Positions 47,835-53,393 of a DNA stretch of 53,393 bases are shown piece after piece. The translations under genes were made by a program, and so were the position numbers. The notes under the pieces were generated by a model. It worked only from the letters and a program-made list of their open reading frames with translations, did no database searches and was not told the origin of the DNA. Location of the stretch: the NCBI GenBank assembly GCA_963661135.1, contig CAVKZO010000003.1:1-53393 (forward strand), written 5' to 3'. The stretch is from Lachnospiraceae bacterium (GTDB lineage Bacteria > Bacillota_I > Bacilli_A > RFN20 > CAG-826). The stretch's first letter is position 1; every line of letters starts with the position of its first letter.

Positions 47835-48752
47835 TTAATATCCGTAAGCACCAAGAGGTTCTAAGCTATAGCTAAATAAAGAATTGTTAATTTTATAAAC
47901 ATCGTAATTCTTTTGATCGATATAAAAGTTAACAATCGAATCTAATAAATTAGATTCTACTAAGTTATATCCGCAGCTTTGTAATAAGTTTATCGTATCT
48001 TTCCTATTCAATTTCATCGCGATAGCAAATGCTAAACATACTGTTTTATTAGGAATAAAGCTAGGATTTGTAACTAATTCAGAAAATAATTTCCTAGATA
48101 AATTACCATCCATTATTAATTGTTCGTCACTTGTATTAGTTTCATTTTGATATTTCCTAACTGTATCAACAAATTTTAAATTGTCTTTAGCTATTGTTAA
48201 ATCTTTATGTTCTAACTTGCTTGAATATGTGCTTGTAATAAATTTTGTTAATTCATCTTGTAAAGCATCATCAACCGTAGTAGGGAAATTTTTATACATA
48301 ACTAAATAAATCGTATTTTCTGGATGTGTTTTAAGATATTCCATTATAACTTTAAAAGCAACATGATAAGCATCTTTTAAAGGATAATTAAATTCTCCGC
48401 TCAATAAAGGAAAAGCTATAGAATGTAAATTTTCTTCATCTAATATTTTAAAAGCTTTTTTATATGTAGAAATTAATAATTTTTCTTCACCGTGTTTTCC
48501 ATTCATATAAATTGGAGCAACAGCATGAATTATGATTTTACAATTTGTCATATTAAAACTTTCTGTTTTAACAGCATCTCCAACTTTGCAACTTCCTATA
48601 TTTTTACATGCTGCAGTCAATTCTTTATCTCCAGCTTTATGGAAAATTGCTCTACCAACACCTTCAACCATTTTTAAATTGACATTGCTAGCATTAACTA
48701 TAGCATCTACATTCATCGTTACTAAATCACCTTTTAAAACATAAAATGGCAT
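47835..48752 (-). CDS. Macro domain protein (MacroD/YmdB-like, divergent) with a C-terminal HTH-like domain of about 130 aa
   Basis: The N-terminal macro domain blocks are GDLVTMNVDAIVNASN, GVGRAIFHKAG, IIIHAVAPIY and SIAFPLLSGEFNYP. The C-terminal part (...TVCLAFAIAMKLNRKDTINLLQSCGYNLVESNLLDSIVNFYI) resembles XRE-associated helical modules. Confidence 0.75.
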   Translation of the reverse strand: MPFYVLKGDLVTMNVDAIVNASNVNLKMVEGVGRAIFHKAGDKELTAACKNIGSCKVGDAVKTESFNMTNCKIIIHAVAPIYMNGKHGEEKLLISTYKKAFKILDEENLHSIAFPLLSGEFNYPLKDAYHVAFKVIMEYLKTHPENTIYLVMYKNFPTTVDDALQDELTKFITSTYSSKLEHKDLTIAKDNLKFVDTVRKYQNETNTSDEQLIMDGNLSRKLFSELVTNPSFIPNKTVCLAFAIAMKLNRKDTINLLQSCGYNLVESNLLDSIVNFYIDQKNYDVYKINNSLFSYSLEPLGAYGY

Positions 48753-48811
48753 AACATTCTCCTTACTTTTTAAATTCTAACAAAAAATTATATATATTTA
48801 AAACAAAATAC

Positions 48812-49591
48812 CTATAAAAGGTCAAATTTCTTTAAAGTTTTATATATTCCATCATCATTTATATCCTCACAAATATAGTAAGATACTTTTTTTAATTCTT
48901 CTTTTCCGTTTCCTACACAGATTCCATATTTTACTGCATTAAACATATCGATATCGTTAGTATCATCTCCAAAAGCCATCGCTTCATCTTTAGAAAAACC
49001 ATAATATTTTAAAATAGCATCTACACCTTCTTTTTTAATAAATGGTTTAGATGATAATTCACTAGTAACATCAAAAAATCTATTTAATACAACATTCGGA
49101 AATTTATTTTTAACTTTTTCATCAAAATTAGAATCTGCAAAATATGTAATTCTTAACGCTTCTTCACCTTGGTATTTAGAAATATCTATAGATTTAGGTT
49201 CATCAAATGTATTATGGAATTTATCAACGTTACCTAATTCAAAAGTCTTTCCGTATGTTATTTTAAGAGTAGTAATTCCATAGCTTATTTTATTTTCTTC
49301 TAAAAAATTTATTATTTCATCACACAATTCTTTTGGAAAATAATTAGCATATAATACTTTATCATCAACTATAGCAGCACCACCGTTACTAACTACAAAT
49401 CCATCAAAATTCAATGTATAGAGTATCTCTTTTTCCATTAAAGAGTAGTAACTTCTACCTGTGTTAATTACTATTTTTATACCTTTATTTTTTAATTCTT
49501 TTATACCTTTTAAAGTGGTTTCGTTTATAGAGTGACTCCTGTGGTCAAATATCGTCCAATCAAAATCAAAAAATACAATCTTAATACTCAT
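48812..49591 (-). CDS. Cof-type HAD-IIB family hydrolase (sugar phosphatase-like)
   Basis: Motif I is FFDFDWT (DxDxT), motif III-IV is GDDTNDIDMF, and a cap domain lies between them. The product is 259 aa. Confidence 0.85.
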   Translation of the reverse strand: MSIKIVFFDFDWTIFDHRSHSINETTLKGIKELKNKGIKIVINTGRSYYSLMEKEILYTLNFDGFVVSNGGAAIVDDKVLYANYFPKELCDEIINFLEENKISYGITTLKITYGKTFELGNVDKFHNTFDEPKSIDISKYQGEEALRITYFADSNFDEKVKNKFPNVVLNRFFDVTSELSSKPFIKKEGVDAILKYYGFSKDEAMAFGDDTNDIDMFNAVKYGICVGNGKEELKKVSYYICEDINDDGIYKTLKKFDLL

Positions 49592-49643
49592 ATGTTTAAT
49601 ATTTTAAACATTATAATTGATTAATACAAATTATATTAGTATT

Positions 49644-49671
49644 AAAAAAAGAGGTTTAAACCTCTTTTTTT
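49644..49671. terminator. Terminator downstream of the 176-aa membrane protein gene
   Basis: The sequence is aaaaaaa-gagg-tttaaa-cctc-ttttttt. It has a short GC stem and long A/T flanks. Confidence 0.6.
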
Positions 49672-49691
49672 AAAATTTAAATTTAAATTAA

Positions 49692-50222
49692 TTATTTTGC
49701 TTTTTTGCTAAATAATGGGCCGATAGCAACTACTATACCAGCAAGGATTGAGCAAATACCAGCAAATATTGTACAAGCACCGATTGAATATTTAACACTT
49801 GCACCAGCTGAAATTGTTCCGCTTCCTATAGTAGCAGTTCCACTTGCGACTGTTCCTAAGAAGAACATTAATACACCAGCAACGACAAATAACAATGCAG
49901 GAACACAATTAATAAATTTAATCTTTTTAGCTTTTAATAAGTCTAATGCAATTAAGAATAAAGCAAGAACAACAGCTACACCTAATATAACTAAAACAGC
50001 GATGCCTAATCCTTTAAATTTATCTCCGTATCCACCATCTCCTAAACCTTTATAAAATGATAAAGATTCAAAATTTTCAACAAGAGTCCAATCTGTTGAA
50101 AGTGTTGAGATGCTAGCCTTTGTATAAGCCTTTCCAAATACTGGTCCTAATAAGAATAAGTAAGCGACTGCGCCTAATAAAACGCTGCATCCATTAACGA
50201 TAACTCCTAAAAATTTTTTCAT
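49692..50222 (-). CDS. Hypothetical membrane protein, 176 aa, Gly/Ala/Val-rich, about 4 TM helices
   Basis: It has four hydrophobic segments and I recognise no family. It is locally less AT-rich because of GCN/GGN/GTN codons, which also opens a long antisense shadow ORF. Confidence 0.5.
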   Translation of the reverse strand: MKKFLGVIVNGCSVLLGAVAYLFLLGPVFGKAYTKASISTLSTDWTLVENFESLSFYKGLGDGGYGDKFKGLGIAVLVILGVAVVLALFLIALDLLKAKKIKFINCVPALLFVVAGVLMFFLGTVASGTATIGSGTISAGASVKYSIGACTIFAGICSILAGIVVAIGPLFSKKAK

Positions 50223-50277
50223 ATTTTTATTTCCTTTCCTATATTAATATACCAAATTAAAAATATCATTTAAACAT

Positions 50278-50328
50278 AAAAAATGAACTAGATAGAGATA
50301 TTTAACTAACATCTCTAAATAGTTCATT
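50278..50328 (-). terminator. Terminator after tpiA
   Basis: The interrupted stem pairs aatgaacta (50282-50290) with tagttcatt (50320-50328) and tagagat with atctcta. On the minus strand it is followed by TTTTTT. Confidence 0.75.
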
Positions 50329-50335
50329 AATTATT

Positions 50336-51094
50336 TTATAAAAGATTTGTTAATAACTCTTTATATGATGTTGGATCTAATGAAGCTCCACCAACTAAAG
50401 CACCATCGACATCTTTTTGAAGTAAATATTCTTTAATGTTATTTGGTTTAACGCTACCACCATAAAGAATTCTAATTCTGTTACTAACTTTAACATTATA
50501 TAATTCTTTAATAACATTTCTGATATATTTGCAAATATCTTCAGCGATCTCTTTTGATGCGCTCTTTCCTGTTCCAATTGCCCAAATTGGTTCATATGCG
50601 ATTACAACTTTAGCTGCATCTTCTTCACTAACACCCTTAAAGCCAGTTACGATTTGTTCTTTAACAAATTCTTTAGTTTTATTAGCTTCGTATGTTTCTA
50701 AAGATTCACCACAGCAATAAACTGGAATCATATTATTCTTTAATAATGCTAAAATCTTTAAATTACATTTTTCGCAAGTTTCATTATCATATTCTCTTCT
50801 TTCGGAGTGTCCAATAATACACCAAGAAATGTCTAAATCTTTCAACATTGGAATTGAAATTTCACCAGTATATGCACCTTTTTCAAGGTAATGGCAATTT
50901 TCAGCACCAACGATTAAAGAATTTTTTAAAATCTTTTTAACAGGTGCTAAATCGACACTAGGAACACAAACTCCCATGTCGATCTTGTTACTTTTAGCAA
51001 GTTTTCCTAATTCTTTTGCACTTTTTGCAAATTCACAAGCTTCGGTAACTGTCTTATTCATTTTCCAGTTACCTAATAATAATTTTCTTCTCAT
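50336..51094 (-). CDS. tpiA: Triose-phosphate isomerase
   Basis: It has the motifs GNWKMN, IGHSERR and AYEPIWAIGTG. The product is 252 aa. Confidence 0.96.
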   Translation of the reverse strand: MRRKLLLGNWKMNKTVTEACEFAKSAKELGKLAKSNKIDMGVCVPSVDLAPVKKILKNSLIVGAENCHYLEKGAYTGEISIPMLKDLDISWCIIGHSERREYDNETCEKCNLKILALLKNNMIPVYCCGESLETYEANKTKEFVKEQIVTGFKGVSEEDAAKVVIAYEPIWAIGTGKSASKEIAEDICKYIRNVIKELYNVKVSNRIRILYGGSVKPNNIKEYLLQKDVDGALVGGASLDPTSYKELLTNLL

Positions 51095-51098
51095 AAAA

Positions 51099-52331
51099 TT
51101 AACCTATAACATCAATTCCAGGAAGATGTCCATCATTTTCAATCATCTCTAATGATGCTCCGCCACCTGTAGAAACATGTGAGAACTTATCAGCATAACC
51201 AAATTCTTTAGCAGCAGCTGCACTATCTCCTCCACCAATAACACTAAAACAATCTTTATTAGCTGTGATAGCTTCACAAATTGCTCTTGTACCAGCTTGG
51301 TATTCAGGTTTTTCGAAAACACCGACTGGACCATTCCAGAAAATTAATTTAGCTTTAGCGATTTCTTTTTTATATTTTTCAATAGATTTAGGACCTACAT
51401 CGAGACCTTCAAATCCATCAGGAATTTCAACGTTTTTTACACCTTCTTCGATATTTGTGTCGACAACTTTAATTTCAGTTGGATTATCAAAATCATTAGC
51501 ACATTTACAATCTACTGGAAGAACAATCTTTCCACTTGCATAGCATTTTCTAGCATAATCAAGTTGATCTTCTTCGTATGGTGAATTACCAATATTCATT
51601 CCTAAAGCTTTCTTAAATGTATAAGTCATAGCTCCACCGATTAAAATCTTGTCACATTTCTTTAATAAAGATTCGATGACTTTAATTTTATCTGAAACCT
51701 TAAATCCACCTAAAATAGCGATATAAGGATGGACATCACCACTTACACAAGCTCCAAGATTCTTAACTTCTTTTTCCATTAAGAAGCCTAAAGCAACTGG
51801 TTTTCCTTCGGCTTTTAAAGCTTCAGGTACACCATATGTTGAAGCGTGAGCTCTATGAGCGCTCCCGAATGCATCCATTACGAATCCATCAACATAGCTT
51901 GCCCATTCTTTACTTAATTCAGGATTATTTTTAGATTCACCTTTTTCATAACGTGTATTTTGGACAAGTAAAACTTCTTTTTCTTTTAATCCAGCAATAG
52001 CGTTCTTTAATTCTTCACCGTGAGTTGCATTAACAAATTTAACATTATATCCTGCTAATAACTCTTTTAAACGAGGGTAAACAAATTCCATGTTGTTCTT
52101 TTTCTTTTCAGCTTCAATTTCAGCATCATCAACTTTTCCCCATTTAATCTTTCCAAGGTGGGACATTAAAACTAAGCTAGCACCTTTTTCAAGAAGATAT
52201 TTGATAGTAGGTAAAGCTTGAACAATTCTATTATCATCTCTAATTTGATCACCTTTTAAAGGAACGTTAAAATCGACTCTAACTAATATTTTTTTTCCTT
52301 CAATGTTAGTTAATTTTTCAATTGTATTCAT
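51099..52331 (-). CDS. pgk: Phosphoglycerate kinase
   Basis: It has RVDFNVP and the C-terminal blocks STGGGASLE and IGGGDS. The product is 410 aa. Confidence 0.97.
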   Translation of the reverse strand: MNTIEKLTNIEGKKILVRVDFNVPLKGDQIRDDNRIVQALPTIKYLLEKGASLVLMSHLGKIKWGKVDDAEIEAEKKKNNMEFVYPRLKELLAGYNVKFVNATHGEELKNAIAGLKEKEVLLVQNTRYEKGESKNNPELSKEWASYVDGFVMDAFGSAHRAHASTYGVPEALKAEGKPVALGFLMEKEVKNLGACVSGDVHPYIAILGGFKVSDKIKVIESLLKKCDKILIGGAMTYTFKKALGMNIGNSPYEEDQLDYARKCYASGKIVLPVDCKCANDFDNPTEIKVVDTNIEEGVKNVEIPDGFEGLDVGPKSIEKYKKEIAKAKLIFWNGPVGVFEKPEYQAGTRAICEAITANKDCFSVIGGGDSAAAAKEFGYADKFSHVSTGGGASLEMIENDGHLPGIDVIG

Positions 52332-52354
52332 ATTATTCTCCTTTATTTAGATAG

Positions 52355-52380
52355 AAAAAGGCCTAGAAAAAGGCCTTTTT
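52355..52380 (-). terminator. Hairpin between gap and pgk (terminator, attenuator or processing site)
   Basis: The 9-bp stem is aaaaaggcc (52355-52363) and ggccttttt (52372-52380) with an 8-nt loop. The pgk SD (AAGGAG) follows directly. Confidence 0.55.
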
Positions 52381-52392
52381 CAATAATTTAAA

Positions 52393-53393
52393 CTACTTTA
52401 ATTCAGCAAAGTATTTGATTGTACGAACCATTTGGCTTGTATATGAATTTTCGTTATCATACCAAGAAACGACTTGGACATGGTAAGTATCTTCATCAAT
52501 CTTTGAAACCATAGTTTGTGTAGCATCAAATAATGAGCCTTGAGTAATTCCGATAATATCTGATGAAACTAATGGTTCTTCAGTATATCCGAATGATGGA
52601 GTTGTATGTTCTTTCATATAAGCATTGACAACTTCAGGAGTTAAATCTTTTCCTTTAACAACTGCAACTAAAATTGTTGTTGAACCTGTTTTTACAGGGA
52701 CTCTTTGTGCACTTCCGATTAATTTTCCGTTTAATTCAGGAATGACAAGACCGATTGCTTTAGCAGCACCTGTTGAGTTAGGAACGATATTTTCAGCAGC
52801 AGCTCTTGCTCTTCTTAAATCACCTTTTCTGTGAGGTCCATCAAGAACCATTTGATCACCAGTATATGCGTGAACTGTTGTCATGATACCACTGACGATT
52901 GGAGCAAGTTTATTTAAATTGTAAGCCATTGGAGCTAAGCAGTTTGTTGTACAGCTAGCTGCAGAAATGATTGTATCGCTAGCACTTAATGTTTTTTCAT
53001 TAACACCATAAACGATTGTTGGTAAATCTTTTCCAGCTGGAGCGCTGATAACAACTTTTTTAGCACCTGCATTGATGTGAGCCATAGCTTTTTCTTTGCT
53101 TGTGTAGAAACCTGTACATTCAAGAACTACATCAACACCAAGTTTTCCCCAAGGGCAGTTATTTGCATCCTTTTCTGCGTAAATTTTAATTTCTTCACCG
53201 TCGACGACGATTGAATCTTCTTTAGCTTCAACTTTATCAGCTAATGCATATCTACCTTGAGCTGAATCATACTTTAAAAGATGAGCTAACATTTTTGGAT
53301 CTGTTAAATCGTTAATAGCAACGACTTCATATCCTTTCGCTCTAAACATTTGTCTAAATGCAAGACGTCCGATTCTTCCGAATCCATTAATTG
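52393..53393 (-). CDS. gap: Glyceraldehyde-3-phosphate dehydrogenase, 5' end outside the window
   Basis: It has the catalytic block [10 protein letters not shown]. The frame stays open to the window edge, where it reads [14 protein letters not shown] (the NAD-binding N-terminus). The Met at 53349 in the ORF track is therefore internal. Confidence 0.97.
   Translation of the reverse strand, partial: INGFGRIGRLAFRQMFRAKGYEVVAINDLTDPKMLAHLLKYDSAQGRYALADKVEAKEDSIVVDGEEIKIYAEKDANNCPWGKLGVDVVLECTGFYTSKEKAMAHINAGAKKVVISAPAGKDLPTIVYGVNEKTLSASDTIISAASCTTNCLAPMAYNLNKLAPIVSGIMTTVHAYTGDQMVLDGPHRKGDLRRARAAAENIVPNSTGAAKAIGLVIPELNGKLIGSAQRVPVKTGSTTILVAVVKGKDLTPEVVNAYMKEHTTPSFGYTEEPLVSSDIIGITQGSLFDATQTMVSKIDEDTYHVQVVSWYDNENSYTSQMVRTIKYFAELK

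Noticed and set aside
47835-49591. The macro-domain protein as the DarG antitoxin of a DarTG toxin-antitoxin pair.
   Set aside because: The upstream gene is a clear Cof-type HAD hydrolase, not a DarT (DUF4433)-like protein. The macro domain follows the MacroD/YmdB pattern rather than the TARG1/DarG-like pattern.
52393-53349. gap as a complete 318-aa ORF starting at 53349.
   Set aside because: The frame stays open upstream to the window edge and encodes the INGFGRIGR Rossmann motif. The gene is therefore truncated by the window, not short.
1-53393. I looked for CRISPR arrays, IS elements or transposases, integrases, prophage genes, tRNA and rRNA genes.
   Set aside because: I found no regularly spaced direct repeats. 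No ORF has DDE, serine- or tyrosine-recombinase motifs or phage-like motifs. No intergenic gap is long or structured enough for tRNA or rRNA; the largest gaps are the 264-nt T-box region and the 234-nt AT-rich spacer.
1-53393. Genetic code 4 (UGA = Trp), suggested by the very low GC content.
   Set aside because: At least two genes (pheT and dtd) terminate at TGA at the expected protein length. No conserved gene needs TGA read-through to be complete.

Overview
This is an AT-rich chromosomal segment (about 70% A+T or more by eye) from a low-GC Firmicutes- or Mollicutes-related bacterium. It uses the standard bacterial code: TGA is a stop and Trp is TGG. I call 44 protein genes, 34 on the minus strand and 10 on the plus strand. 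I found no rRNA, tRNA, CRISPR array, transposase, integrase or phage genes.

The backbone is housekeeping:
- A Bacillus-like cluster rpmG-secE-nusG-rplK-rplA-rplJ-rplL-methyltransferase-rpoB-rpoC (0.1-11.7 kb).
- yceD-like/pheT/pheS behind a Phe T-box leader (15.5-19.6 kb).
- glgC-glgD-glgA (19.6-23.35 kb).
- rpmB-rpsT (29.5-30.0 kb).
- A tightly packed operon: heterodimeric ABC exporter, ABC-F, dtd, mnmA, holA (30.0-38.0 kb).
- rpsO, a YhhN-like membrane protein and a GH3 beta-glucosidase.
- An NAD salvage operon: pncB-nadD-nadE-histidine phosphatase (41.8-46.4 kb).
- A MATE pump, a macro-domain protein, a Cof-type HAD hydrolase, and gap(partial)-pgk-tpiA (50.3-53.4 kb).

Main non-housekeeping items:
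1. A three-gene SMC-like module of the JetA/JetB/JetC (MksF/MksE/MksB) type at 23361-28842. It has no JetD/MksG nuclease gene, and its last stop codon sits inside the glgC Shine-Dalgarno.
2. A two-gene insert at 11956-15443: a very AT-rich 185-aa orphan, then a 966-aa protein with Ig-like (Big_2) repeats fused to a C-terminal VanZ-like membrane domain.
3. A perfect 26-bp palindrome over the pncB promoter.
4. A divergent macro domain fused to an HTH-like C-terminal domain, close to the NAD genes.

All family assignments come from reading motifs in the supplied translations. No alignments or HMM searches were run.
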